45,746 bases of DNA from Escherichia phage vB_EcoS_AKS96, in sequence record NC_024789.1; one strand, given 5' to 3'. Shown in pieces: positions 1-9,874 of this stretch (positions are counted from its first letter, which is position 1; every line of letters begins with the position of its first letter). The position numbers were made by a program, and so were the translations under genes. The notes below the pieces were generated by a model, which did no database searches, was not told the origin of the DNA, and was given only the letters and a program-made list of their open reading frames with translations.

Positions 1-516
1 ATGTCAGAAGAGAAAAAAATTCACCAGAAGATTGGTAACTTCAAGGAGCTTTACAATAAGAAGTATGGCGACATTGCCAATCTTAAGATTAACCACAGAT
101 ACACTCCCGAGCAGGTATTCGACATGGCTGTAAGGTATTTCAGCTGGGCTGAAGAGCAGGCAATTAAAGCTATCGAGACAGCAAGCTTTCAGGGTGTCGT
201 AACGGAAAACCTTGTTCACAAGCCGAGGGTATTTACGATAACTGGATTCCAACTTTTCTGCGGCGTTGGTCATAATGCCATCAGTAAATGGCGCTCTTCG
301 CCTGGATTTGATGAGGTGATGGAGTTTGTGGATTCGGTAATCTTTGAGCAGAAGTATCAGCTTGGCGTTAACAACATCGTCAACCCTGGACTGATTGGCA
401 AGGACTTAGGCATCGATAAGCCGCAAGAGGTTAACATCAATAACGCTTCAAATGCCGTAGTGAACGATGAAGAAGCTATGAAGGCTGCGCTTGAATCAAT
501 AGTTGATAAACTTTGA
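1..516 (+). CDS. putative terminase small subunit
   Basis: 171-aa ORF immediately upstream of TerL; position and size only, no diagnostic motif. Confidence 0.4.
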   Translation: MSEEKKIHQKIGNFKELYNKKYGDIANLKINHRYTPEQVFDMAVRYFSWAEEQAIKAIETASFQGVVTENLVHKPRVFTITGFQLFCGVGHNAISKWRSSPGFDEVMEFVDSVIFEQKYQLGVNNIVNPGLIGKDLGIDKPQEVNINNASNAVVNDEEAMKAALESIVDKL

Positions 517-561
517 TATGTTGATATAATTACCCCATTCAATAAACGAGTGGGGTTTTTT

Positions 562-1077
562 ATGTTAGATAGAGCGAAGCCTATGCCGCCTCTGGATTTT
601 CTTAGGGGAATTCTGAGTTACAATCCTGAAACGGGAAAGCTAACGTGGACATCAAAAGTAAGTAGCAAAACCATAATCGGATCCGAGGCTGGGACTTTGC
701 ACAAAGCTAGCGGTCGATATCAAGTACAGATACAAGGGAAGATATACAAGAGCTCAAGGATTGCATTTTATTTGTATTATGGCTTTGAGCCAGTTGGCGC
801 GGTTGACCACATAAATCGTGACCCATCAGACGATAGGATTTCTAATCTTAGGGATGCATCGCTTAACCAAAACGGAATGAATAAGTCTATGATGAGCAAT
901 AATACATCTGGCTACAAAGGTGTTAGCTACTCAAAGAGAAGGAATGAGTATATTGCATATGTGAAAATAAATGGAAAAATGATGTTTGGAGGTTGGTTTA
1001 AGAAAAAAGAAGAAGCAGCAAAGGTGGCGGCATCAATGAGGGAGAGTATACATGGGGAGTTCTGCAATCATGAGTGA
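562..1077 (+). CDS. HNH homing endonuclease with AP2-like C-terminal domain
   Basis: HNH signature VDHINRDPSDDRISNLRDASLNQN; C-terminal GYKGVSYSKRRNEYIAYVKINGK block; start moved from GTG 550 to ATG 562; 3' end overlaps TerL start. Confidence 0.7.
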   Translation: MLDRAKPMPPLDFLRGILSYNPETGKLTWTSKVSSKTIIGSEAGTLHKASGRYQVQIQGKIYKSSRIAFYLYYGFEPVGAVDHINRDPSDDRISNLRDASLNQNGMNKSMMSNNTSGYKGVSYSKRRNEYIAYVKINGKMMFGGWFKKKEEAAKVAASMRESIHGEFCNHE

Positions 1078-2641
1078 AATAATTGTATGGGAAGACTTAA
1101 CATACCCAGAAAAGCTAGCTATAAAGGCACTATCAACTCATAGCTTCGAGGGTTTCTTAAGGGTGTGGTTTCAAATAAGTCAATCTGAGCGTTATATTCC
1201 TAACTGGCACCATAAGTACCTCTGTAGAATCATCGATGAGGTTATTAGCGGTCAACGCAGAGATACAATCATTAACGTAGCTCCCGGGGCCGGAAAAACC
1301 GAGATTACATCCATTCACTTCCCAGTATACTCAATGCTTAAACTAAAGAAGGTTCGCAATCTTAGCCTGTCATTCTCAGATAGCCTCGTGAAGCGTAACT
1401 CTAAACGGGTTCGTGACCTTATCAAATCGACAGAATTCCAGGAGTTGTGGCCCTGCAAGTTTGGCACATGTAAGGATGATGAGATTCAGGTTCTTGATGA
1501 TTCTGGTAAGGTTAAGTTTGAATCAATATCAAAAGCAATTGGCGGTCAGATTACAGGCGCTCGCGGTGGATATATTACAGATAACTATAGCGGCTGTTTG
1601 ATGCTTGATGATGTAGACAAAGCGGATGATATGTTCAGCAAAGTCAGGCGAGAGGCCGTGCACACTCTTCTCAAAAACACCATTCGTTCACGTAGGGCTA
1701 GCAGCGTTAAAGGTAAAGCCACGCCAATTCTGTCAATTCAGCAAAGGCTTCATACTCAGGATTCAACGTGGTTCATGACTTCTGGTGGTATGGGTATCGA
1801 CTTTGATGTAGTGAAGATACCGGCGCTGGTCACTGAAGAATATGTGAATGAACTCCCTGACTGGATTCGTGAGCAGTTCGAGAAGGACGTGCTTTCATCC
1901 GAGTACGTCGAGCGAGATGGTGTTAAGTATTACAGCTACTTCCCGCAGAAGGAATCTGTGCATGACTTGATGGCAATGTGGGACTCAGATCCGTACACAT
2001 TCCTAAGCCAGTACCAACAATCTCCAGTAGCTCTGGGTGGAAACCTGATCAATGTAGATTGGTTTGTTCGCCTCGATGAGAATAACAGACCTCCAGCCAA
2101 GTATGACTACCGATTCATTACGGCTGATACTGCATTAACCACTAAGAGCTATAGTGACTATTCAGTGTTCATGTTATGGGGAGTAAGGGGCAGGAAGGCC
2201 TACGTGCTGGACATGGTTCGGGGTAAGTACGAGAGCCCGGAGCTAGAAAAGACACTTGTTGAATTTGAAGCTAAGCACCGAGCAAACAACAAGACTGACG
2301 GCATCCTTAGGAAGATTATCATAGAGAAAAAGGCTTCAGGTATAGGTTTAATCCAGTCAGCAAGTCGGACGATGAGGACACCTATTGAACCCTACATTCC
2401 TGATGTTGATAAGCTTACGAGGGTTATGAGTGCCCTGCCGCAGGTTAAAGCTGGTAACGTATTCTTACCACAAGAAGCACCATGGCTAAATTCTTTCTTG
2501 TCTGAATTTGCAGCTTTCACTGCTGATTCCACTCACAAACATGACGATATCGTGGACGCATTCACTATGGGTGTTAACCTTGAGCTCAACTTAGCGGATG
2601 ACCCGAGAGCCCGCTTAATGCGACTAGCTGGAGTTAAGTAA
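1052..2641 (+). CDS. terminase large subunit
   Basis: 529 aa; Walker A-like APGAGKTE near N-terminus; RBS agggagag before ATG; position before portal. Confidence 0.8.
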   Translation: MGSSAIMSEIIVWEDLTYPEKLAIKALSTHSFEGFLRVWFQISQSERYIPNWHHKYLCRIIDEVISGQRRDTIINVAPGAGKTEITSIHFPVYSMLKLKKVRNLSLSFSDSLVKRNSKRVRDLIKSTEFQELWPCKFGTCKDDEIQVLDDSGKVKFESISKAIGGQITGARGGYITDNYSGCLMLDDVDKADDMFSKVRREAVHTLLKNTIRSRRASSVKGKATPILSIQQRLHTQDSTWFMTSGGMGIDFDVVKIPALVTEEYVNELPDWIREQFEKDVLSSEYVERDGVKYYSYFPQKESVHDLMAMWDSDPYTFLSQYQQSPVALGGNLINVDWFVRLDENNRPPAKYDYRFITADTALTTKSYSDYSVFMLWGVRGRKAYVLDMVRGKYESPELEKTLVEFEAKHRANNKTDGILRKIIIEKKASGIGLIQSASRTMRTPIEPYIPDVDKLTRVMSALPQVKAGNVFLPQEAPWLNSFLSEFAAFTADSTHKHDDIVDAFTMGVNLELNLADDPRARLMRLAGVK

Positions 2642-2653
2642 TCATGATAAACT

Positions 2654-2676
2654 GCCCCTTACTCAGGGGCTTTTTT
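2654..2676 (+). terminator. rho-independent terminator
   Basis: hairpin gcccc-ttactca-ggggc followed by tttttt. Confidence 0.6.
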
Positions 2677-2690
2677 ATTGGAGAAATTAC

Positions 2691-3965
2691 ATGGTAAAAG
2701 CAGACAGCTACGCAAACATCTTTCTTAGCGGGAGTGATGGTAGTGAGGTTTACGGAAAGTTTGGCAGCCTTGGCCTAACAGCGCCAGCGCAGCTTGAGCA
2801 ACTTTACGTCAGCAGCGCTCTGGTTCGTCGAATTATTGATATCGTTCCAGAGGTCGCACTTGGCGCAGGCTTTAGCATTGAAGGTATCGACGACGAAGGT
2901 GCTTTCTGGTCGCGATGGGATGATTTAGGCCTTTCAGATAACGTAATCGACGCACTAGCCTGGGCGAGACTATACGGTGGCGCTGCTGTAGTGGCAATTG
3001 TGAAGGATGGAAGGGCGCTAACCAGCCCGGCTCGTGAAGGTGCGGAGCTTGAAACGGTTCGTGTGTACGACCGGCAGCAAATTAAGGTCCAGACTCGCGA
3101 GGAGAATCCACGTAACGCGCGTTTTGGTAAGCCATTAACTTACCGCATCACGCCAAACGGGTCGGCAACGTTCTACGATGTGCACTATACACGCTGTCAC
3201 ATCATTGATGGCGAGCGAGTACCTAACAACCTACGTCGTAATAACGATGGCTGGGGCGCAAGCGTACTAACTGGTGACTTAATTGACGCGATTGACGACT
3301 ATCAGAACTGTGAGCGACTGGCTACTCAGTTACTTCGTCGTAAACAGCAGGCGGTGTGGAAAGCAAAAGGCCTTGCTGACTTATGTGATGATTCAGATGG
3401 ATTTGGAGCAGCTCGTTTACGTCTGGCTCAGGTGGATAATAACAGTGGCGTTGGTCAGGCTATCGGGATTGACGCGGATAGTGAAGAGTACAACGTTCTC
3501 AACTCAGATATTGGCGGTATTGATACATTTCTGAGTCAGAAGTTCGATCGAATCGTTGCTCTGAGCGGTATTCATGAGATTATCCTTAAGGGTAAGAATG
3601 TTGGTGGTGTGTCAGCAAGCCAGAACACTGCTCTAGAGACTTTCTACGGTTATGTTGACCGTAAGCGCAAGGCTGAATTATTGCCTCTGCTTGAGTTCCT
3701 ACTGCCGTTCATCGTAACCGAGCAAGAGTGGTCAGTAGAATTTAACCCTCTATCGCAGGTTAGTGACAAGGATAAATCTGAGATTCTTGAGAAGAACGTC
3801 AATTCAGTTGCCGCATTGATTGCAGCTGGAATCATTGACGCAGACGAAGCAAGAGATACGTTGCGCGCAATTTCAACTGAGGTTAAGATTGGCGAAGGCT
3901 CAATTCAAACGGAGGTTGTAATTAATGAATCAGAAGACCCGCTGGATGTATCCGCAAATAATTGA
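2691..3965 (+). CDS. portal protein
   Basis: 424 aa directly after TerL; positional call. Confidence 0.6.
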   Translation: MVKADSYANIFLSGSDGSEVYGKFGSLGLTAPAQLEQLYVSSALVRRIIDIVPEVALGAGFSIEGIDDEGAFWSRWDDLGLSDNVIDALAWARLYGGAAVVAIVKDGRALTSPAREGAELETVRVYDRQQIKVQTREENPRNARFGKPLTYRITPNGSATFYDVHYTRCHIIDGERVPNNLRRNNDGWGASVLTGDLIDAIDDYQNCERLATQLLRRKQQAVWKAKGLADLCDDSDGFGAARLRLAQVDNNSGVGQAIGIDADSEEYNVLNSDIGGIDTFLSQKFDRIVALSGIHEIILKGKNVGGVSASQNTALETFYGYVDRKRKAELLPLLEFLLPFIVTEQEWSVEFNPLSQVSDKDKSEILEKNVNSVAALIAAGIIDADEARDTLRAISTEVKIGEGSIQTEVVINESEDPLDVSANN

Positions 3966-4689
3966 GAGCCAGATTAACCGCAGCCTTTTGGTTGCGGTAT
4001 CTGAACTTATTGAGCAAATGAAGTTATCTGCAAAGAGGCTAAAAATTGACACAGCGCAGGAGATTGAAGAGGAAGATTCAGACCTTTCAGATGTAATCTC
4101 AGCGCTGCTATCTGGTTTTGTTTCCACTCTGCCTGCGCTGGCACTAGCAATATATCGTTATAACTCGGCGCAATTCCTTAAGGTGGCCAACAACTCCGGA
4201 GGTAAGAATAATCCTGTAGTTCTTGCGCTAGGATTGTATGGTATTAACGCGGATGAACCATGGTGGCTCGACACCAGGAACTCCTGGATTGTTGGCACGC
4301 AGTTAAGTGCATCAAAGCTGCTAAACAACATCAAGGATGATTTCATAAACAACGCCATTACTGCGCAGGCTGGTAACACTGTTGACCTTGATGATAGATA
4401 CCGAATCTACAGAAAGAGAACAGCAAATATCGCTGCTGGAATTACAGGGTCTCTAAACTCAAACCTTATGCGGAGAAGGCTTGAAGATGCCGGTGTATCT
4501 CAGTATGTTTGGCGTGGTAGACTTGACGACAAAGAGCGACCATCTCACGTTTTGCGTGAGGGGGTTAGCTTTAAATCAGATGGTTCGGACGCTGGAAAAC
4601 TTGACGGCCTTGCGATATTCCCCGGTCAGCAATACGGGTGTCGTTGCTGGGCTGTTCCTAAATGGGAGAATTTAATTAATGAAGAGTAA
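3925..4689 (+). CDS. head morphogenesis / minor head protein
   Basis: 254 aa between portal and scaffold; positional call. Confidence 0.45.
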   Translation: MNQKTRWMYPQIIESQINRSLLVAVSELIEQMKLSAKRLKIDTAQEIEEEDSDLSDVISALLSGFVSTLPALALAIYRYNSAQFLKVANNSGGKNNPVVLALGLYGINADEPWWLDTRNSWIVGTQLSASKLLNNIKDDFINNAITAQAGNTVDLDDRYRIYRKRTANIAAGITGSLNSNLMRRRLEDAGVSQYVWRGRLDDKERPSHVLREGVSFKSDGSDAGKLDGLAIFPGQQYGCRCWAVPKWENLINEE

Positions 4690-5800
4690 AATGCGTTATG
4701 ATAGCGCCAAGGTAAAAGCCCGTTTCGATGAGAACGGTTTTCTCGTGGACACCCCAGTGGTTGCTCGCGTAGGTGTACAAACCTACTATATGCCAGATGG
4801 TTCAGAGCGCCGAGAGTTCCGTCCGGCTTCAGAGGTTTTTAAAGCCGATTCGCTGCAGAGTTATCAGGGTAAGCCGCTAACTCTTGGCCACGTGGTTGTC
4901 AACTCTGAAAATGCTAAAGAGGTGGTTGTTGGTTCTGTGTCTGGCTCAGCTACGCGTCAGGACTCTGCAGTGATTGTTCCTCTTACCGTTTACGACAAGG
5001 AAGCAATTGAGAAGGCCAAGTCTGGCGTTGCTGGTGAGCTCTCTGTTGGCTACAACACTGTTGACATTGAGTCTCCTGGTTGGGGTAGTAATGAAACGGG
5101 TGAGTACAAGCTTGATGGAGAGTACGCAAGCCAGGATGAGATTCCTGCTGATTGGGTACGCTTTGATGCGCTACAGACGAATATCGTTGTTAATCATATC
5201 GCACTCGTATATAAAGGTCGCGCAGGTATTGCTAAACTCAATCTGGACGCGGAACAGGAAAACCCGTATACTGATACCGTTCAATCAAATAAAGAGGATA
5301 AATTGATGATTAAGATTAAACTCGATGGCGAACAGGAGTTCGAAATCGCCCCGGAAGTTGCTAACCACATCGAAGCTGTTAAGGCAGATGCGGAGCAGGC
5401 TAAAGCCAAAGCTGACACTCTGGAAGCTGAGCGCGATGCACTGAAAGCTAAAGTTGATGGCATTCCTGCCGAAATCGAAGCTGCCGTAGCCAAAGCTAAA
5501 GCTGACGCTGATGAGCTGGCAACTCTGGTTGCAGTTGCCGCAGAAGCTGGCGTTAAATGTGACGGCCTGGATGCTAAAGCAATCAAAGTTGCTTACGTTA
5601 AAGAAGTATCTGGCCTGGATGTTTCTGAGAAATCTGACGCGTATATTGACGCAGCGTTCGACATTGCCAAAGAATCTGATAAAATGGCTGAAGTTCGTAA
5701 GGCTACCGTAGCCTCTGATAAATCTGACAGCAAAGAAGAGTTGACGCTTATTGATCCGCGCGCTCGAATTGCTAAAGCTAAATCCAATAAGGAGAAATAA
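4679..5800 (+). CDS. capsid scaffolding protein (possibly protease-scaffold fusion)
   Basis: 373 aa; C-terminal Ala/Lys/Glu-rich coiled-coil-like region (AEQAKAKADTLEAERDALKAKVDG). Confidence 0.5.
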   Translation: MKSKMRYDSAKVKARFDENGFLVDTPVVARVGVQTYYMPDGSERREFRPASEVFKADSLQSYQGKPLTLGHVVVNSENAKEVVVGSVSGSATRQDSAVIVPLTVYDKEAIEKAKSGVAGELSVGYNTVDIESPGWGSNETGEYKLDGEYASQDEIPADWVRFDALQTNIVVNHIALVYKGRAGIAKLNLDAEQENPYTDTVQSNKEDKLMIKIKLDGEQEFEIAPEVANHIEAVKADAEQAKAKADTLEAERDALKAKVDGIPAEIEAAVAKAKADADELATLVAVAAEAGVKCDGLDAKAIKVAYVKEVSGLDVSEKSDAYIDAAFDIAKESDKMAEVRKATVASDKSDSKEELTLIDPRARIAKAKSNKEK

Positions 5801-5802
5801 TA

Positions 5803-6297
5803 ATGGCATTTCGTCAAGCAGCATTAGCGGGTATGGTATCTGATACCTCTCTTTACAATATCGATGGCGCGTGCGTTCTAGGTGGCACCGCTCAGGTGCA
5901 GGTTGGTCAGGCAGTTGGTGTTAGCGAAGTTGAAGTTACTGGAACTAGCTCATCTGGTGCAGGTCATAAAACTGTAGTTGGTTCTGGCATTACGACCGCT
6001 AACGTTTATGGTGTTGCTGTTCGCTCGCATTATGAAGCTGTTGATGGCTTCTATCGACCGCAAGAGGCAATTAACGTAATGACGGCTGGTAGAATCTGGA
6101 TGAAAACCACACTGTCAGCAGCACCTGCATTCGGAACTGCAATCACTCTTGATGCGAATGGAATTGTTGTTTCTAGCGGCGCTGTTGAGCCAGCTGGTTG
6201 GACTTTCGCAGGTGGCTTCATTGCTGGCACTGCGGTGCAGGGTCAGCCAGAACCTTATGATGGCGCACTGATTGAAGTTCAGGTTAAGCAGAAATAA
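5803..6297 (+). CDS. head decoration-like / capsid accessory protein
   Basis: 164-aa Gly/Ala/Val-rich ORF between scaffold and capsid genes, followed by terminator. Confidence 0.35.
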   Translation: MAFRQAALAGMVSDTSLYNIDGACVLGGTAQVQVGQAVGVSEVEVTGTSSSGAGHKTVVGSGITTANVYGVAVRSHYEAVDGFYRPQEAINVMTAGRIWMKTTLSAAPAFGTAITLDANGIVVSSGAVEPAGWTFAGGFIAGTAVQGQPEPYDGALIEVQVKQK

Positions 6298-6314
6298 TTA
6301 ACCGTGTAAATATA

Positions 6315-6336
6315 ACCCGCTTCGGCGGGTTTTTTA
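6315..6336 (+). terminator. rho-independent terminator
   Basis: acccgc-ttcg-gcgggt hairpin plus T-tract. Confidence 0.6.
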
Positions 6337-6391
6337 TTGCCAAAATTCTGTTACAATCATTAAGACTATTAACCGATATGGAGTAAATGAA

Positions 6392-7276
6392 ATGGCTTTA
6401 GAGTTTATGGAAGTTGTAGCTAAGACTTACGGCGACCTGGAGAGGTTAGTAAAGGCAAAAATGCTGGAAGGATGGATGCCATTTGATAGCTTAATTAACA
6501 ATAGATTTACTATCGCAATTGTTATGGTTAAGGGTAGTGATGCGCAGCTTACCGACTTTAGGATTCTCGGTGATAGCACTAGAGTTAAATTAATAAGCAA
6601 GGCTAACAAATTAATTGCTGATGACCCTGAGTGGGAGGTTTTCGGTCACCCTCAAATATTTGGCGCTGACGATTACATAGTTTCATTATCAAAAGGCTTT
6701 AAGGGAACTACTGGTAGGGATGGCATGGCTGGCCCACAAGGACCGCAAGGACCGCGCGGCGAAGTTGGCCCACAAGGTCCGCAGGGTGAAAAAGGAGATA
6801 CTGGACCTCAGGGACTAAAAGGTGATAAAGGTGATAAGGGTGATCCAGGAGCGCTCGTAACATGGAAAAAATTTAACCTAGTTAACACAGTTGGTTCAGG
6901 GGTGGACACTCAATTCCCTGGTATAGCTAACACTTGGTTTAGGGTGCAAGTAACATCATCATCAAGATTTACATTCTTTGCTCTAAAGGAAGGGTCTGGA
7001 ACAACAAGCATTGATGGCGACGTTAAGTACAACGATGAGGATGATACTTATCGCAGGGTTAAGTATTCTGGAGTGTTCACATCGGCATCGAACTACACAT
7101 TTATTAACACAGGATTCGGCGTGACCTCAGCTAGATGTGTAGAGTTTTACACCTATCTAAATGATGGCTCTAGTGGTTATTTTTACAGGGTTGAGGTTTT
7201 CATTGCTGGCAGGCCTGCATTTACCACAATTACACAACCAGACTTCACCGTTAGAATAACAAGACTTGATGCCTAA
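6392..7276 (+). CDS. collagen-like repeat protein
   Basis: 294 aa; 16 uninterrupted G-X-Y triplets ([49 protein letters not shown]) between N- and C-terminal globular regions. Confidence 0.65.
   Translation: MALEFMEVVAKTYGDLERLVKAKMLEGWMPFDSLINNRFTIAIVMVKGSDAQLTDFRILGDSTRVKLISKANKLIADDPEWEVFGHPQIFGADDYIVSLSKGFKGTTGRDGMAGPQGPQGPRGEVGPQGPQGEKGDTGPQGLKGDKGDKGDPGALVTWKKFNLVNTVGSGVDTQFPGIANTWFRVQVTSSSRFTFFALKEGSGTTSIDGDVKYNDEDDTYRRVKYSGVFTSASNYTFINTGFGVTSARCVEFYTYLNDGSSGYFYRVEVFIAGRPAFTTITQPDFTVRITRLDA
6704..6850 (+). repeat. collagen G-X-Y triplet repeat region inside CDS 6392-7276
   Basis: GGN-NNN-NNN periodicity, Pro/Gln rich. Confidence 0.8.
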
Positions 7277-7292
7277 ACTTTATCACCCGCCA

Positions 7293-7320
7293 TTGCGCGG
7301 TCTTAAAACTCGTGTATAAT
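7293..7320 (+). promoter_or_regulatory. candidate sigma70-type promoter upstream of major capsid gene
   Basis: TTGCGC, 16-bp spacer, TATAAT. Confidence 0.4.
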
Positions 7321-7356
7321 GTCAACGTACACAGTTAACCAAAAGGATAAATAGGA

Positions 7357-8301
7357 ATGACTATTAAGCTAGATGCTTTCGAGCAGAACAAAATCACCGA
7401 ACACCTGCGTAACATGGGTGTTGAAAAAGCTGATGCAGCTGGCATTTGGACCATCAAACAGCTGACTCAGACGCTTAACCGTAACTACGATCGCGAATAT
7501 GCTGAAACGTCTGTAGTTAACCTGTTCCCGGTCACTAACGAAATTGGCGCTTACGCTAAATACTTCGAATACGGCGAAATGGATGGTGTTGGCTTAGCTC
7601 AGATTGTAGCTGATTATTCAGATGATTTGCCGACGGTTGATGCACTGATGCAAGAGAAGCAAGGTAAGGTGTTCCGTTTTGGTAATGCATTCCTGGTTTC
7701 CATCGATGAGATTGCGGCTGGCGCAGCTACTGGTCAATCACTATCTTCTCGCAAACAGGCTCTTGCATTCGAAGCTCATGACAACCTGCTTGATAAGCTG
7801 GTTTGGAAAGGCTCCGCACCTCACGGCATTAAGTCTGTATTCGATTACGACAACGTAAACCAGGTAGTTCCAAGCGGCGCATGGACTACAGCACAGACTG
7901 CTTACGCTGACGTTAATAGCCTGCTGGATATTATCGAAACAGCAACCCAAGGTATCCATCGAGCTAACAGGCTGCTTCTTCCGGCATCCGCTCGTCGAGT
8001 AATGCAAACTCTGGTCCCGAATACTGGTATTAGCTACTTTGAGTTCTTTGCCCGTAACAACAATGGCGTACAGGTGGAGTTCCTGCAACTCCTTGACAAC
8101 TACGATGGCGCAAACGGCAAGGCTGCAATTGCTTATGAGTACGACCCATTGAACATGAGCATTGAGATTCCAGAAGCTACTCACGTCCTTCCAGCTCAAC
8201 CGAAGGATTTGCACTTCAAGTTTCCTGTAACCTCCAAGTCTACTGGCCTGGTTATCTACCGACCTCTGACCGTTGCAGTAATGAAAGGTATCACCTTCTA
8301 A
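7357..8301 (+). CDS. major capsid protein
   Basis: 314 aa, own promoter and strong terminator, position in head module. Confidence 0.7.
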   Translation: MTIKLDAFEQNKITEHLRNMGVEKADAAGIWTIKQLTQTLNRNYDREYAETSVVNLFPVTNEIGAYAKYFEYGEMDGVGLAQIVADYSDDLPTVDALMQEKQGKVFRFGNAFLVSIDEIAAGAATGQSLSSRKQALAFEAHDNLLDKLVWKGSAPHGIKSVFDYDNVNQVVPSGAWTTAQTAYADVNSLLDIIETATQGIHRANRLLLPASARRVMQTLVPNTGISYFEFFARNNNGVQVEFLQLLDNYDGANGKAAIAYEYDPLNMSIEIPEATHVLPAQPKDLHFKFPVTSKSTGLVIYRPLTVAVMKGITF

Positions 8302-8306
8302 TAAAT

Positions 8307-8330
8307 AGCCCTCTTCGGAGGGCTTTTTTA
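8307..8330 (+). terminator. rho-independent terminator
   Basis: agccctc-ttcg-gagggct hairpin plus tttttt. Confidence 0.65.
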
Positions 8331-8391
8331 CGTCTGTACTAAATGAATCATAAAGTATATAATTCATTTATAGACTAAACAGGAGGAAAGA

Positions 8392-8640
8392 ATGATTAAG
8401 TTAGAACACGTTGGTGCTTGCCTTATTCGATTTGCTGGAAATGATTACCTGCCAGGACAAATCATTGAAGTAGAAGAGTTGAATGACGGTTTTAAGCGAT
8501 TGATTGCTGAGGGTCGACTTGAGGTAATGGAAGACCGCAAGGCAACCAAGAAAGTAATTGAAGAAATTGAAAGCAAGAAGGTTAAAAAGAAAGAACCAAA
8601 GACTGTAGACGAAGCTGAAAACGGCGGCGAGTACAAGTAA
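8392..8640 (+). CDS. hypothetical protein (head module)
   Basis: 82-aa ORF with RBS aggagg, flanked by terminators. Confidence 0.4.
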   Translation: MIKLEHVGACLIRFAGNDYLPGQIIEVEELNDGFKRLIAEGRLEVMEDRKATKKVIEEIESKKVKKKEPKTVDEAENGGEYK

Positions 8641-8647
8641 CCAACAC

Positions 8648-8671
8648 GGACGCTTTAGAGCGTCCTTTTTT
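8648..8671 (+). terminator. rho-independent terminator
   Basis: ggacgc-tttaga-gcgtcc plus tttttt. Confidence 0.6.
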
Positions 8672-8686
8672 GTATGGAGATATAAA

Positions 8687-9088
8687 ATGAATGAAGAAGT
8701 AATCGCATATATAAGGCAGCTGTACCCCCCACTTAACAATCAGCCTGATGATGTTCTTAATGCATGGATTGAGGTAGCTAAGCTGTTTATCTGCCTGGAT
8801 AAGTTTGGTGACAAGCAGGTTCAGGCATTAGCTTTCTACACTCTTCACTTGCTTAGTCAGGATATTGCGCTTAAGACTGAGAATGATTCAAGCCAGACAT
8901 CCTCTGACCGGGTTAAGTCCTACTCACTTTCAGGAGAGTACACGATTAGCTATGATACCAGCACTGCTGCCGCGAGCTCATCTAACCTTGAAGCATCCTC
9001 ATGGGGTAAGCTTTACATTGATTTGATGCGTCGCAAGGTTGGCCGCTGGGGTTTGATTACTTCTGGTGGGTCGAGGTGCTGCCGATGA
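8687..9088 (+). CDS. putative head-tail connector protein
   Basis: 133 aa; position between capsid and tail genes. Confidence 0.35.
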   Translation: MNEEVIAYIRQLYPPLNNQPDDVLNAWIEVAKLFICLDKFGDKQVQALAFYTLHLLSQDIALKTENDSSQTSSDRVKSYSLSGEYTISYDTSTAAASSSNLEASSWGKLYIDLMRRKVGRWGLITSGGSRCCR

Positions 9089-9453
9089 ATCATGCATTTT
9101 TGCAGCAGCAAATTAAGGCTGGTATTAATCTCCTGTCAGATGGCGATGGCGTTTTCGAAGCCACGACACAGCCAACCATCTCTATCGTGAATGGCTACGA
9201 AGTGCGCACGCCTGGCACTTCATATACAGTGCGAGGTGTTATACGTGAATTCAAGGCGCGAGACATTGACGGTGACATCATCAAATTCGGTGACCGTCGC
9301 GGAATTTTTACTACTGATTCAGTTGTATCGGAAGGTGACCGCATTTACATTGACCAGGAAGCATACACAGTAATAGACCCGCGACCAGTGAAGCCAACCG
9401 GTACGGTAATCGCCTACAGGCCAGTGCTACGTAGGGCTGCAACTTATGGCTAA
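9076..9453 (+). CDS. putative head closure protein
   Basis: 125 aa; overlapping start-stop with neighbours. Confidence 0.35.
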   Translation: MLPMNHAFLQQQIKAGINLLSDGDGVFEATTQPTISIVNGYEVRTPGTSYTVRGVIREFKARDIDGDIIKFGDRRGIFTTDSVVSEGDRIYIDQEAYTVIDPRPVKPTGTVIAYRPVLRRAATYG

Positions 9454-9874
9454 TGATAACCTGCTATTTAAGCTAAAGATTAATGATTGGGCCGATTCAG
9501 TAATGGAGGCGATTCCTGAGATTATTGATGATGCCCTTGATAACGCAGCTAGGGATATCGTTAAGTTGTCTCCTGTTGATACTGGAAGGTTTAGAGGTAA
9601 CTGGCAAGCTACAGGAAACAGGCCATCACTGATTGGTTTGAACAACTATGACAAGGATGGGGCTGATACAATTAAGTCACTAAGAAGGCAAATCCACGCT
9701 CTAGCTAGAGATAAGGCTACGCATACAATCTATATCACCAATGCGCTAACGTATGCGTTACCATTGGAGTTCGGTTATTCTGGTCAGGCACCAAACGGGG
9801 TACTTGGTATCGTCACTAAGAGGCTTGGTTTTTACTTTAATGACGCTATAAGGAAAAAGTCCAATGCACTATGA
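9446..9874 (+). CDS. putative tail completion protein
   Basis: 142 aa; positional. Confidence 0.3.
   Translation: MANDNLLFKLKINDWADSVMEAIPEIIDDALDNAARDIVKLSPVDTGRFRGNWQATGNRPSLIGLNNYDKDGADTIKSLRRQIHALARDKATHTIYITNALTYALPLEFGYSGQAPNGVLGIVTKRLGFYFNDAIRKKSNAL

Noticed and set aside
5285-5824. Long antisense ORFs inside the scaffold gene (also 7741-8367 in the capsid gene, 12806-13360 in the tape measure gene, 19625-20005 in the J-like gene)
   Set aside because: Low-complexity antisense frames within well-supported genes, no RBS; typical shadow ORFs.
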